Shown piece by piece: positions 1 to 10,366 of a stretch of 64,000 nt of DNA. A program made the translations under genes and the position numbers. Every line of letters begins with the position of its first letter. Positions within the stretch are counted from its first letter, which is position 1. The DNA is taken from positions 1,216,001 to 1,280,000 of the forward strand of contig OY730476.1 in the NCBI GenBank assembly GCA_963422735.1, written 5' to 3'. Under the pieces are notes generated by a model, which made no database searches, had not been told where the DNA came from, and saw nothing but the letters and a program-made list of their open reading frames with translations. The stretch is from Candidatus Latescibacterota bacterium (GTDB lineage: Bacteria; Latescibacterota; UBA2968; UBA8231).

Positions 1-1
1 T

Positions 2-1039
2 ACGGAAGCCCCAGGTATTGGTGAGATAGGATGGATGGGAATTACCCCTGACAGCTCCTTGCTCCTTACAGATCGAGTTTCTCGTGAGGCACATGAGTTC
101 AGCCTAAACGATGGCCGGTACATCCGCTCCTTTGGACGCCAAGGCAAGGGACCCGGAGAGTATGGGAACGCTGATAGTATGGTCCTAGACTCCAAGGGAT
201 CTATTTATATCCAAGATGGTATATACGGCCAGCTATTGCGCTACAACCGACAGGGGCAGTATCTCGGCCATAAGATGCGCTGGATTAGCGGCGTAGATTT
301 GCTAGTCAACCGCGAGGACGAGTTTCTTCTCATGGAGAAGAAATACGGTCTATTCTTGCAGATTCGGCGAGTTACTGGCCTTAATGGAGAGATAAAATAT
401 ACTTTGCCTCTTTTCAGCAAGAAAGAGGAGATTGTTACTTGCTTTATGAGTAATCCAGCTCAACTGTCTTACAATACTACGTCAGATCATCTGTATTACC
501 TAGAGCTAAACGACTATATGGTAAAAGAGATCAACGCCTCAACTGGCGAGGTTCTCCGACGGTTTGGTATTATGGTTCCGAGTTATAACGCTTTGAAACT
601 CGAGAAGCAGATGTCTTCAAATTTCGTATTCTTACCAGAAAAGTATCACGACTTAGATTGTGGCTCATTGGATCTGGAGGAACTCACCTATTTGATAAGC
701 GATATCGGTCAAGCTACTAGCATGGAATTACTTGAAGACCGTTATTTACTAATTTCACATAGTTTGCCCGATGTAAGATCCATTAATGTATGGACACTTT
801 ACGACCTAACTCCTCCAGGTTCATCGACGATGATTAAGGCATATTCACTCAATAGTGTCGCCTATCAATCGTTAAATGGCACTAAGAAAAATTCGCAAGG
901 TGGTGTTATTCAAGCTAGCAGTATAGATGGAAGAATCACCTCTTGGCAGAATCAGCTCTATGTGTATAAACCGCCATCCGTAGAGCGGGCTGAGGTTTCC
1001 AACGGCGTGGTAGAAGTATATGAAGTGTCCATAGATTGA
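2..1039 (+). CDS. 6-bladed beta-propeller / NHL-like protein, 5'-truncated by the window edge
   Basis: The frame is open from position 2 (TEAPGIGEIGWMG...). The motif 'YIRSFGRQGKGPGEY...MVLDSKGSIYIQD' is typical of 6-bladed propeller/NHL proteins. GC is lower than in the downstream genes. Confidence 0.7.
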   Translation, partial: TEAPGIGEIGWMGITPDSSLLLTDRVSREAHEFSLNDGRYIRSFGRQGKGPGEYGNADSMVLDSKGSIYIQDGIYGQLLRYNRQGQYLGHKMRWISGVDLLVNREDEFLLMEKKYGLFLQIRRVTGLNGEIKYTLPLFSKKEEIVTCFMSNPAQLSYNTTSDHLYYLELNDYMVKEINASTGEVLRRFGIMVPSYNALKLEKQMSSNFVFLPEKYHDLDCGSLDLEELTYLISDIGQATSMELLEDRYLLISHSLPDVRSINVWTLYDLTPPGSSTMIKAYSLNSVAYQSLNGTKKNSQGGVIQASSIDGRITSWQNQLYVYKPPSVERAEVSNGVVEVYEVSID

Positions 1040-1041
1040 AA

Positions 1042-2248
1042 GTGAAGGTAAATGGGCTGACTACCGATCTCACCTTCCTCAAACGAAAGGAGTCCGTTAT
1101 GTTGAGTCTCGCTAAGAAATCTCTCTATAGGCATACTAGTCTTATCATTGTTCGTAACAGTTAGTTTACTGGCTCCACCGTACATCATGAAGATCATTAT
1201 TGATGATGTGTTGCTATCCAGGGAACTTGACTGGCTACTCATAGCCATTGCCGTTCTATTGAGTATCATATTGACAAACTTAATCTTGTCTTTCGTATCC
1301 GATTATCTATATGCGAGGATCAGCAATCGAATCGTCCGGGACATACGCGTCGAGTTGTTCAAACACCTTATACACTTGCCTTTGGGCTTCCGCAACCGGC
1401 AAAAGACCGGGGACTTAATCTTTTGTTTGAATAGCGATGTAGGAGTGATTCAGTCTGTTCTGACTTCAAGTGTGCTGCGTTTCCTGCATAATGTCTTGAC
1501 CCTAATTGGCCTTGTAGCAGTACTATGTTGGATGAATGCCACTTTGTTCCTGTTATCGGTCATTGTCATACCCTTTTTTGTGGCGAATCTGCTTTACTTT
1601 CAGCCCAAGATCGGAAAGATCGTCGAATCCATTCAGCAACAGGGGTCCGATATTTTTAGCCATGTTGTTGAGCGATTCAACAACGTTCCGCTGATTCAAC
1701 TCTCCAACAGCGATGGCTACGAAACGCATCGCTTTCGCTCGGCCCTCAACGACTTAATCGCATTCGTCATGCGCAACGTGCTATACTCGGCCTCCATGCG
1801 TACAGTTTCGTCGGGACTGGTGGCTCTAACGCCAGTGTTTATCATGGGATGGGGCGGCTATCAGGTAATGCAGGGCGCGATGACAGTCGGATCTCTCATT
1901 GCCTTTCTCCAGTACACTTCGCGCTTGTTTGGTCCAGTCAGTGGACTACACGATTTGTACATGGACTTAGTAAGGGGCTTGGTCTCCATGCGCCGGGTGC
2001 TAGAATTCATGCAGTTACCCACGCAGCAAGCGATCCATAAAGGCCACAAACCCTTCGTCTATCAGCACACCATTGAACTACAAGACATTTACTTCCGCTT
2101 CGGCGATCAAGCGGTTGGCCGGCTTGGCAGCAGGCTGGATTCCCAAGGACCACAGGCCCGAACCGCACTCTCACAGGAAAGTACCTACGATGAGTTTTCC
2201 CTTTGCAGACCAAACCGGCCACGGCGTCAAGGTCGCCATCGTCGATAG
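1042..2248 (+). pseudogene. ABC exporter (MsbA/peptide-exporter type): transmembrane domain intact, nucleotide-binding domain missing
   Basis: ORF 1148-2248 has a full ABC_membrane domain ('RVELFKHLIHLPLGF...TGDLI', 'GAMTVGSLIAFLQY'). The NBD starts with 'IELQDIYFRFG' and then breaks off near 2115, with no Walker A or LSGGQ motif. The in-frame stop at 1103-1105 suggests an additional 5' frameshift from a GTG at 1042. Confidence 0.75.
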
Positions 2249-4097
2249 CGGCCTCGTGCCCAATCACCCCAAAATCGGGCTTGTGGCTGGAGGCATCTCG
2301 CTAACCATAGGGCCGGATGGCTCAATACGCTACAGTGACAACCACGCCGATTGCGCCGGCCACGGCACGGCCTGCGCCGGCATCGTTCGCCGCAAAGCAC
2401 CCGCAGCCGCTCTCTACAGCGTACGCATCTTTGACGAATCGCTTCAAGCCGATAGCCGCTTACTAATCGCAGCCATCGAATGGGCTTTAGAACAAGGTAT
2501 GGACATCATCAACCTGAGCTTGGGCACCACCGACGTAGCGCAGCGAGACACCTTAGCCCGCATCTGCCAGCAAGCCGCAGCTCAAGGCGTCCTCACGGTC
2601 GCCGCCGAGCACGAAGAAAGCCGCGAGAGCTATCCAGCCCACTTGCCCCAAGTCATCGGCGTGGGCGCGGGACCATTGCAGGACCTATACGATTACTACT
2701 ATCGCCAAGGAGCCGCCATCGAGTGCATAGCCCGGGGCGATCTCCAGCGGCTGTGCTGGCTAGATCCGCCCGAGGTCATGCTGGCGGGTACCAGCTTTGC
2801 CGCGCCCCACATCACCGGCCTGCTCGCTTTGATCCGTCAAGCCCATCCCAGCGCGAGCTTAGCACAGGTGCGCGAAATCCTCCGCAACCACGCTCTGCCC
2901 GAAGCCGCTTGTGCCTCCGTGCCCAAAACCGCTCCTCTACCCCGTGCTGAAGACCCGTTCGCCTACATTCAGAAAGCCGCCCTCTATCCCTACAACAAGG
3001 AGATGCACTCGCTGGTGCGCGGGCGCGATCTGCTCGGCTTTGAAATCGTCGGCGTCGGCGATCCGGTCGGCAAGGGCTTGGTCGGCCAAGACGCCGGCGA
3101 GGCCATTGGTCTGCCGCCAGCGGGCCTGCCCATTGCGCCCAGCCTAACCGCCGCCCTACGGGGAGCCGATACCCTTATTTTGGGCTATATGGACCAACTG
3201 AGTCGCATCCGCAAAAGAGACCTATTGCGCGAAGCCGTCCAAACCGCCATAGACCAAAGCGTCCACGTCTTCAGCCTCTCGGCTCTGCCCTGCGAGCAAT
3301 ACGCCGATTTGTACGAACAAGCCACGGCTAAAAGGCTAAACCTGTACTATCCGTCGCTGTCCGCTAAAGAAATAGTACAGACGCTCAGGTCAGAGATGCA
3401 TCAGCCCCAAGTAGATGTGCCGGTCTTAGCGGTCACAGGCACCAGCTCACAGCAAGGGAAGTTTACCCTACAACTCGCCCTGCGCCGCCGATTGCTGGAA
3501 CTAGGCTACCGGGTGGGACAAATCGGCACCGAACACCACTCGGCCCTCTTCGGCATGGACTGCGCGTTCCCCATGGGCTACGCGGCGTCTATTGAGATGC
3601 CGCTGGACTATTACGCGCCCTATCTCGACGCCAAGATGCGGGAGATCAATCAGCGCGAGCGACCGGACCTAATTTTAGTCGGCACCCAATCCGGTACGAT
3701 TCCCTATAACTTAGAAGAACAGCAAACCCATACGCTGCCTACCCTTGCGTTCTTGATGGGTGTCAAGCCCCAAGCCTGCCTACTGGTGGTCAATAGTGTG
3801 GACCCCGACAGCTACATCCAAAACACCATCGATGGCATCCGCGCACTGTGCCAAGCACCTACGCTCTTGTTGGCCATAAGCGATCAGGCGAAGCACATTC
3901 GCACGGCCTATGGCCGAACCTCTATTAAACCGCAGCCCATGACCGCGGCCGAGGTGCGCGACAAACTGAATCGCTTGGAACAGACGTTCGGCCTTCCCGC
4001 GGTATCCATTGCAGACGAAGCGGATATCCATCGGGCCATCGAGGTGGTCATCAACCATTTTGCCGAGGAAGAAGTGCGACCATGCGCGATGATATAG
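2190..4097 (+). CDS. S8 subtilisin-family protease fused to a DUF1611/TIGR04066-like (peptide maturation system, P-loop-like) domain
   Basis: ATG at 2190 follows a CAGGAAAG element. Triad motifs are 'VAIVDSG', 'AGHGTACAG' and 'AGTSFAAPHITG', and there is no signal peptide. The C-terminal half contains 'KAALYPYNKEM...GLVGQDAGE' and 'VLAVTGTSSQQGKFTLQLAL...PDLILVGTQSG'. Confidence 0.8.
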   Translation: MSFPFADQTGHGVKVAIVDSGLVPNHPKIGLVAGGISLTIGPDGSIRYSDNHADCAGHGTACAGIVRRKAPAAALYSVRIFDESLQADSRLLIAAIEWALEQGMDIINLSLGTTDVAQRDTLARICQQAAAQGVLTVAAEHEESRESYPAHLPQVIGVGAGPLQDLYDYYYRQGAAIECIARGDLQRLCWLDPPEVMLAGTSFAAPHITGLLALIRQAHPSASLAQVREILRNHALPEAACASVPKTAPLPRAEDPFAYIQKAALYPYNKEMHSLVRGRDLLGFEIVGVGDPVGKGLVGQDAGEAIGLPPAGLPIAPSLTAALRGADTLILGYMDQLSRIRKRDLLREAVQTAIDQSVHVFSLSALPCEQYADLYEQATAKRLNLYYPSLSAKEIVQTLRSEMHQPQVDVPVLAVTGTSSQQGKFTLQLALRRRLLELGYRVGQIGTEHHSALFGMDCAFPMGYAASIEMPLDYYAPYLDAKMREINQRERPDLILVGTQSGTIPYNLEEQQTHTLPTLAFLMGVKPQACLLVVNSVDPDSYIQNTIDGIRALCQAPTLLLAISDQAKHIRTAYGRTSIKPQPMTAAEVRDKLNRLEQTFGLPAVSIADEADIHRAIEVVINHFAEEEVRPCAMI

Positions 4098-4354
4098 CTC
4101 AACGAGTGAAACAAGCCCTTGTCCAAGGGCTCCAACTCAAGATCAATCCCGAAGACATCGCCGATGACGAGCCCCTTTTTGGCGAGGGCCTTGATGCTGA
4201 TTCCATGGCCGCGTTAGAAATCGTCTTTGCCCTTGAAGAAGAGTTCGGGTTTGAAGTAGAAGACGAAGATCTGCGGGTCGATCTATTCGATTCAGTGCGT
4301 ACTCTGACCTCATATATAGAAGAGCGACTGGCAGTTCAATCGTCTATGCCCTGA
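4082..4354 (+). CDS. Stand-alone acyl carrier protein
   Basis: A 90-aa acidic protein with the phosphopantetheine-site motif 'LFGEGLDADSMAALEIVFALEEEFG'. It overlaps the upstream gene. Confidence 0.9.
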   Translation: MRDDIAQRVKQALVQGLQLKINPEDIADDEPLFGEGLDADSMAALEIVFALEEEFGFEVEDEDLRVDLFDSVRTLTSYIEERLAVQSSMP

Positions 4355-4374
4355 GTAAACAGGAGGGAACAGAT

Positions 4375-5010
4375 ATGCGATCCAATAATGGCCAAATAAC
4401 TGTGGACTTAGCATCCTATTTCAACAACGCTGGCATCGCCTCCTGTTGCGATCCTGCCGCCGACGGACTCGACGGGATGGGGACGATCTTTCGGGCAGAG
4501 GGTCTCCCGGCGTCGGGGGCGACCGTCGATTGCAACGGCACAAGGTTCTCGTTCCCAGATAAAAGAGATGGTGTGCGCGATAACATAGCCTGCGAGGCCC
4601 AAGAAGTTCCGCTGCCAGTGGGATGCTACCGCATACTCCATGTGGTTGGAATATGCGATTGGCGTGCTACTGCCGAATCGGTGCGGTTACACTCACCGCA
4701 TGGTTCCCACATCCAAGCAACCCTCGGGCTCAGCGACGCCTCGCATTACAAAGGGCTTCAGTACGGCGAGCGCCAGGCACTAACGGGCCAACTGGTCACT
4801 CCCGATAGTCTCATTCCCCACGTATTTCTCTTCGGCATTACCCCGCCGGGCGAGGGCTATCAGATGCAGGAGACGCATATTGAGGCGGGCTTATGGCATC
4901 AGGTAATTGAATTGAAAGAATCCCTGCTGCTATCGCATCTCGTAATGCCGGACAACCCGTCCATGCACATCTTCGCGTTGACCTTGTGCCGAGAGGCAGG
5001 CTCGTTATGA
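4375..5010 (+). CDS. Hypothetical protein (probable beta-sandwich) within the ACP/BtrH cluster
   Basis: Strong RBS (AGGAGG) and an ATGA overlap with the next gene. Motifs 'VDLASYFNN', 'DNIACEAQEVPLP' and 'MPDNPSMHIFALTL'. Confidence 0.75.
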   Translation: MRSNNGQITVDLASYFNNAGIASCCDPAADGLDGMGTIFRAEGLPASGATVDCNGTRFSFPDKRDGVRDNIACEAQEVPLPVGCYRILHVVGICDWRATAESVRLHSPHGSHIQATLGLSDASHYKGLQYGERQALTGQLVTPDSLIPHVFLFGITPPGEGYQMQETHIEAGLWHQVIELKESLLLSHLVMPDNPSMHIFALTLCREAGSL

Positions 5011-6017
5011 AAAAGCGCATTAGCGGTATCCCCTTCTGCACCAATCGGCACTACAACTGTCTCTACGTCGTATTAGATAGCTTATTGCGCTACTACCAAT
5101 GGGAACCGTCGCTGCCCGCTTTTTACAATTGGGACTTTTTCTACTCTAGAGGCGAGGCGTTCAGCATCAAGAATCGTCCGGCTTCCCTCTTTGCCATGCT
5201 CCAGCAGTTCGGCATTGAAGCATTCAACTGTACTTCTGACGATGGCAGGTCAGAGTGGAAAGAAGTAAAAAAGTTATTGGACGCGGATACGCCCGTAGCC
5301 GTCAGCATAGATGTTTTTCCCTTGGCCCAAGCCAGCCTCTATCCGCGCCTGCGCCACTCCGATCACCAAGTTATCGTCTCCGGGTACGACGATGAGGCTG
5401 GGACCGTTCACTTGATCGATCCTTCGCCGTGGCAACCTTCGGCGCGAGACACCCCGCTCGACCTCTTCCTCGCCTGTTGGGACACACGGGCTATTTCTGG
5501 AGGGAACCAGCCCTGCTTCGACTGGACGTGGCTAGACATGCCGGATGAACCGCCTCGCGTCCAGCTTCACCATGTGGCCGCCATTTTGCAACGCAATCTC
5601 GCGAGTATGTCTGCAACCAGCCCACAGGCCGAGTGCGGCCAAGGCGTAGCCGGGATTGAGCAACTCGCCGAAGATGTAGGAGCATGGGGGAAATGCGAAA
5701 AGCAAGCTCTCAAAACACGCCTGAACCAATGCACTGAATTGTTCCTCGATGTCGCCCTAAATAGAGAAGGGCACGGTGCTTTTCTCCACTATGCCAGTCA
5801 GGTCTGTTGTCATGCTGGCCTGAGTGTTCTCGGCCGAGAATTTGAATCGATTTCTCAGAGCTGGTTTGTCGCCAAAAACTTGTGCTTCAAAGGCGTAATC
5901 AAGGATACACCAAGGCTAATACCGCGTATCCAGTCGCGAATCCATGATATCGCCGTCCAAGAACGGAAGGCCCTAGAGGCCCTGACTAATCACTCCCAAA
6001 CCTTGAGCAAGTCGTAA
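5007..6017 (+). CDS. BtrH N-terminal-domain (papain/C39-like fold) protein, putative ACP-dependent acyltransferase
   Basis: ATG at 5007 overlaps the upstream TGA. A Cys-His-Asp pattern is present: 'HYNCL', 'PVAVSIDVFPL', 'HSDHQVIVSGYD', 'VHLIDP'. The C-terminal region is helical. Confidence 0.7.
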   Translation: MKKRISGIPFCTNRHYNCLYVVLDSLLRYYQWEPSLPAFYNWDFFYSRGEAFSIKNRPASLFAMLQQFGIEAFNCTSDDGRSEWKEVKKLLDADTPVAVSIDVFPLAQASLYPRLRHSDHQVIVSGYDDEAGTVHLIDPSPWQPSARDTPLDLFLACWDTRAISGGNQPCFDWTWLDMPDEPPRVQLHHVAAILQRNLASMSATSPQAECGQGVAGIEQLAEDVGAWGKCEKQALKTRLNQCTELFLDVALNREGHGAFLHYASQVCCHAGLSVLGREFESISQSWFVAKNLCFKGVIKDTPRLIPRIQSRIHDIAVQERKALEALTNHSQTLSKS

Positions 6018-6063
6018 CCGGAGCGCTGTGTACTGTCCACGGTAGAGATCGCGAGTTTACAAA

Positions 6064-7230
6064 ATGACGACATTGAAAAAGCTACTATACATCGCTCTCG
6101 CGCTTGGGTTACTCGTCCTATTATTTGCGATTTTCAACATCTCTGTTCCATCCCCAAACCCCCGCGGCGAATCCCTCGAAACCCTCCCCGAACTCGAACC
6201 ACCCAACACCCCGGTCGCCATAGAAACGATTCAGCACCGCACCCTCGTGCAGAAAATTACCTCAACGGGGATTTTTAAGGCCAAGATGGAGACCGCTATC
6301 GTACCCCAAGTAGCGGGCCAAGTGCGCCGCCTCAACGTCGAGGAAAGCCGCTTTGTCAGCAAAGGCGACACCATCTTAGAACTGGATGCGGGACGCTACG
6401 CTATCGCGTACCTACAGGCAAAAGACCAAATGACGCGGGCACTGCGGGAATACGCCTCCATAGCCTTGCTGAGCAGCCAACTGGACCGCGGGCACCAAGC
6501 ACGCGACCTCATCGAGACCAAAGCCGATAGCACCAACATCAACGATGTAGAAGCTCTGTCGCTGTTTGCAAACGGCACCCCCAAAGAATGGATCGCCAGC
6601 ACTACGGGCTTAACGCGCGCCCGACTCGACCTAAAGCAAGCCGAACTCGACCTCAAAAACGCAGTTGTTACAGCACCTTTTGCCGGCGTCGTAACCGAAG
6701 TGGAAGTAACCTTTGGCACTTGGGTCACCCAAGGACAAACCCTGATGCAGCTTTTGGCACTCGACCCGCTACTGCTCGAAGTCAGCATCATCGAAAGCGA
6801 ACTGCGCTTACTGCACGTGGGTGCTCAAGCAGCTATCGCGCTCCACGCATACCCTGACGACCAGTTTGCGGGCGCGGTCAAATCCATCAGTCCGGTAGTC
6901 GATAACGAGAGCGGGACTTGCCGCATCTTGATCCAAATGGATAACCCCGGCCAGCGCATCAAACCCGGCATGTTCGCCCGGCTCGAAATAGGCGTTAAAG
7001 CCTTTCAGCAGCGGCTGCTCATCCCGCGCGACGCGCTCCTAATCCGCGACGACCGCAAGCTAGTGTTCGTTCACCAAGACGGGCTGGCCCAATGGCGCTA
7101 TGTGAAGACCGGCCTTGAAAACGACGACTTTATCGAGATCACCGAAGGGCTAGAAGCCGGCGAAGAACTCATCGTATCCGGGCATTACAACCTAGCCCAC
7201 GATGCAAAAGTCGTGGTCGTCCAACGCTGA
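6064..7230 (+). CDS. RND efflux periplasmic adaptor (membrane fusion protein)
   Basis: N-terminal TM segment, lipoyl halves 'IVPQVAGQV' and 'VTAPFAGVV', 'IKPGMFA', and 'VKTGL...IEITEGLEAGE'. Confidence 0.93.
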   Translation: MTTLKKLLYIALALGLLVLLFAIFNISVPSPNPRGESLETLPELEPPNTPVAIETIQHRTLVQKITSTGIFKAKMETAIVPQVAGQVRRLNVEESRFVSKGDTILELDAGRYAIAYLQAKDQMTRALREYASIALLSSQLDRGHQARDLIETKADSTNINDVEALSLFANGTPKEWIASTTGLTRARLDLKQAELDLKNAVVTAPFAGVVTEVEVTFGTWVTQGQTLMQLLALDPLLLEVSIIESELRLLHVGAQAAIALHAYPDDQFAGAVKSISPVVDNESGTCRILIQMDNPGQRIKPGMFARLEIGVKAFQQRLLIPRDALLIRDDRKLVFVHQDGLAQWRYVKTGLENDDFIEITEGLEAGEELIVSGHYNLAHDAKVVVVQR

Positions 7231-7242
7231 GAGGATCGGCTC

Positions 7243-10200
7243 GTGCGTATCGTGCGTTTTGCCGTCTATCGGCCCGTAGCCACTACGGTTTGTTTTCTCG
7301 CCGCGCTTCTCTTGGGTTTGTACTCCCTTTTCCGGCTAAGCGTAGATTTACTCCCAGACATCGACATTCCCCGGCTCATCGTCCGCACGGACGCGCCCAG
7401 CCTAAATGCCCGCGATGTGGAAGAACATGTCACTCGCCCCATCGAAGCCTCCCTCAGTGCCATAAGCGGTGTGCGGCGACTCAAGTCCATCTCGCAAGAC
7501 GGCATCTCTTTTGTGGAGGTCGAGTTCAACTGGGGCAGCGACATGGACCTCAGCTTCATCAAGGCGCGCAGCAGCCTCGACCAAGGCCATCTGCCGCAAA
7601 CGGCCGGCCGCCCTACCATTCTGCGCTTCGACCCCTCGGCCGCCCCCATTATGACGCTCGTGATCACCGGCGATCGAGTCGAACAGCCCCGCTCCACCCG
7701 GGATCACCAGGCAGCCCTCATGGAACTGAAGGAAGTGGCGCAGGCCGTCGTCAAACGCCGGCTGGAGCAGATCGACGGTGTAGCTTACGTGCAGATCGCT
7801 GGCGGGCTAGACCGCGAGATTCAGATCCATCTCGACGCCGAGAAAAGCCTGCGCTACAACATCGGCTTTGCAGAGGTGGAAGCCAGCCTCAAGCAGTTTA
7901 ACATAACCCACTTCGGCGGCTCGATCCGCGACGGTTTTTCCCAGTTCCCTCTGCGCATCCAAGCCGAGTTCACCGACATACAACAAATCCGCCAAATCCC
8001 CGTGCAGCTAATGCCCCAACTGATCCGCTTACAGGACATAGCCCGCGTCGAAGAAGGCTACACGGAACGCACCGGCTACACCCGTTTGAATGGACACGAG
8101 GTCATTACTCTGTATGTGTTCAAGGAGGCCGGTGCTAACACCGTGGAAGCCTCCGAAAAAGTGTACGATAGCCTCTACCGCTTTTCGCAAGAGTACGCGG
8201 ACTTCGCCGTCGTGCCGGTTTTCGACCAAGCCGAGTTCATCAGTGAATCTATACACAATGTCCTACAATCCTTGTACTTGGGCGGCCTCTTTGCCTTTGT
8301 CATCCTCATTTACTTCCTCCGCGATCTTAAAAACCCGCTTATCGTAGGGCTATCCATACCTATTTCCATTATTACCACCTTTATCTGCATGTACTTCCTC
8401 GACATCCATTTTAACATTGTGTCGTTGGGGGGCCTCGCGTTGGGCATCGGCATCTTAGTCGATAACTCAATCGTCGTGCTGGAAAACATCTATCGCTACC
8501 GCGAAATGTCGCACGAGCCGGGCGAAGCCGCCGTGCGCGGCACCCGCGAGGTGGGCCTAGCCATCACGGCCTCAACCCTCACCACCATGTCGGTTTTCAT
8601 GCCCTTAGTGTATGTCAAGGGGATCGCTGGGGCACTCTTTTACGAGCAGGCCGTCACCATTTCCCTCGCTTTGGCGGCCTCTTTGATCGTGTCTATCATG
8701 CTACTTCCTATGCTCTCTGCCCGGTCTTGGAAAGCACCCAATAAATCGGGTCAGCTCTACCGCGTCGGGCGCGTAGCGGCCACCCCTTTCCTCCTCACCC
8801 TCGACCTCTTTCAATACCTGTTCGACAAGTTTTTCCTGCTGTACGAGTACGTCCTCGTCCGCGCCCTGCGCCATCGCTGGCAGGTCGTCGGAGCACTGTT
8901 TGCCCTGCTTGCGCTGAGTACTTATCTGGCCATCGGCCTAGAGCGGGAGCTCATACCCACCGTCGATAGGAAGCACTTGGTCCTCCGCGCCGAACTGTCG
9001 CCGGGGGCCAATCTGCCGACCACTGCGGCGGAAATAACCAAACTAGAACGCCGCCTGCTGCGCGAAGATGGCGTCGCGTCCGTGCTCTCGTCCATCGGCA
9101 TCACCCGAGAAATCCTCGACCGGCAGTACCGGCCCGGGCTGAACAAAGCGGTGCTGGACATCGAGGTTGCCGAGGGCAGCGAAAGCGCAAACGTTGCCGA
9201 GCGGATCGAAGCGGCCTTTGGGGAATTTGGCCGCCTAGCCCTCTCCCTGTCGCCACCAGAATCAGCCTTTGAGCAGCTTTTTCAGCAGCACCAGACCGAA
9301 TTCGACCTGAAAATCATCGGGCCGCAGCTTACCGTCCTCGCCGATTTGAGCCAGCGGATCACAGGTTTTATGCAGCAGGACGCGGGCTTTGCCAACGCTC
9401 GTGCCAACTTGCAGGCCAGCAAGCAGGTGTTCAATGTCGAGGTCCAGCGGGAAGCGGCTCTACAGTACGGCATCCGCCTCGCCGAACTCGCCGACTTTAT
9501 CAACCGCCAGCTACAAGGCAGTACGCCCACCCAGTTCGTCGATTTTGCCGATCGCATAGACATCAAGGTACGAGCCGAGCACCGCGATGAACTCGACTTG
9601 TGGCGCGTCCTCAACATGCAGTACCCACTCCGAACGCAGGGCCGCCTCGTCTCCGTCCCACTCTCCGAGTTGGTCCGCCTCAAACCCAGCGAGGGCTACG
9701 AAGCCATCCACCGCGAAAACCAAGCGCGTACTGTCGCCATCACGGCCGCCTTACAGGGTCTCGATTTTGCCCAAGCCAAGGCTCGGCTAAACGAATTCCT
9801 TCCCCAGCTAGCTATCCCCGATGGATACTGGATCGAGATCGGCACTCAGTACGCCGAGTTACAGGAACACTATCAAAACCTGTACCTCATTCTCTTTATC
9901 TCCATCGTATTGGTCTATTTCATTCTCGCCGCTCAGTTTGAATCCCTAGCCGTTCCTTTTGTAATCGTCGTGGCCGTGCCCCTCGCGTCCATTGGGGTCG
10001 TCTGTACCCTGTGGCTAACGGGCAACACGCTAAACATCATGTCCTTGTTGGGATGTATCGTCCTCGTGGGAATTGTGGTGAACGATTCCATCGTCAAAAC
10101 CGACTTCATTCACCGACATTACCGAGCCAGCGGCGACCTCGGCCAAGCCATTGTGGAAGCCGGGCAAAAGCGCTTTCGCCCCATATGCATGACCACCTTG

Positions 10201-10365
10201 ACGACGGTCTGTGGCCTGCTGCCCATGGCCATATCTAGCGGCAGCGGTGCCGAGTTGCGCCGTCCCTTGGCTTGGGCAGTTGTTGGCGGCATTTCTCTAT
10301 CAACCCTGTTGATCCTGATCGCCGTTCCCATCCTCTACTCGGTCGTTGCACGGGCGAAAGACTGA
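7243..10365 (+). CDS. RND efflux permease (AcrB/MdtB family), subunit 1
   Basis: 1040 aa. Motifs 'RPVAT', 'LSVDLLPDIDIP', 'GILVDNSIVVLENI', 'GIVVNDSI' and 'RFRPICMTTLTT'. Confidence 0.95.
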   Translation: MRIVRFAVYRPVATTVCFLAALLLGLYSLFRLSVDLLPDIDIPRLIVRTDAPSLNARDVEEHVTRPIEASLSAISGVRRLKSISQDGISFVEVEFNWGSDMDLSFIKARSSLDQGHLPQTAGRPTILRFDPSAAPIMTLVITGDRVEQPRSTRDHQAALMELKEVAQAVVKRRLEQIDGVAYVQIAGGLDREIQIHLDAEKSLRYNIGFAEVEASLKQFNITHFGGSIRDGFSQFPLRIQAEFTDIQQIRQIPVQLMPQLIRLQDIARVEEGYTERTGYTRLNGHEVITLYVFKEAGANTVEASEKVYDSLYRFSQEYADFAVVPVFDQAEFISESIHNVLQSLYLGGLFAFVILIYFLRDLKNPLIVGLSIPISIITTFICMYFLDIHFNIVSLGGLALGIGILVDNSIVVLENIYRYREMSHEPGEAAVRGTREVGLAITASTLTTMSVFMPLVYVKGIAGALFYEQAVTISLALAASLIVSIMLLPMLSARSWKAPNKSGQLYRVGRVAATPFLLTLDLFQYLFDKFFLLYEYVLVRALRHRWQVVGALFALLALSTYLAIGLERELIPTVDRKHLVLRAELSPGANLPTTAAEITKLERRLLREDGVASVLSSIGITREILDRQYRPGLNKAVLDIEVAEGSESANVAERIEAAFGEFGRLALSLSPPESAFEQLFQQHQTEFDLKIIGPQLTVLADLSQRITGFMQQDAGFANARANLQASKQVFNVEVQREAALQYGIRLAELADFINRQLQGSTPTQFVDFADRIDIKVRAEHRDELDLWRVLNMQYPLRTQGRLVSVPLSELVRLKPSEGYEAIHRENQARTVAITAALQGLDFAQAKARLNEFLPQLAIPDGYWIEIGTQYAELQEHYQNLYLILFISIVLVYFILAAQFESLAVPFVIVVAVPLASIGVVCTLWLTGNTLNIMSLLGCIVLVGIVVNDSIVKTDFIHRHYRASGDLGQAIVEAGQKRFRPICMTTLTTVCGLLPMAISSGSGAELRRPLAWAVVGGISLSTLLILIAVPILYSVVARAKD

Positions 10366-10366
10366 C

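Noticed and set aside
2073-2189. ORF-track N-terminal extension of the S8 gene
   Set aside because: It overlaps the ABC relic. The ATG at 2190 has an RBS-like element and directly precedes the S8 motif.
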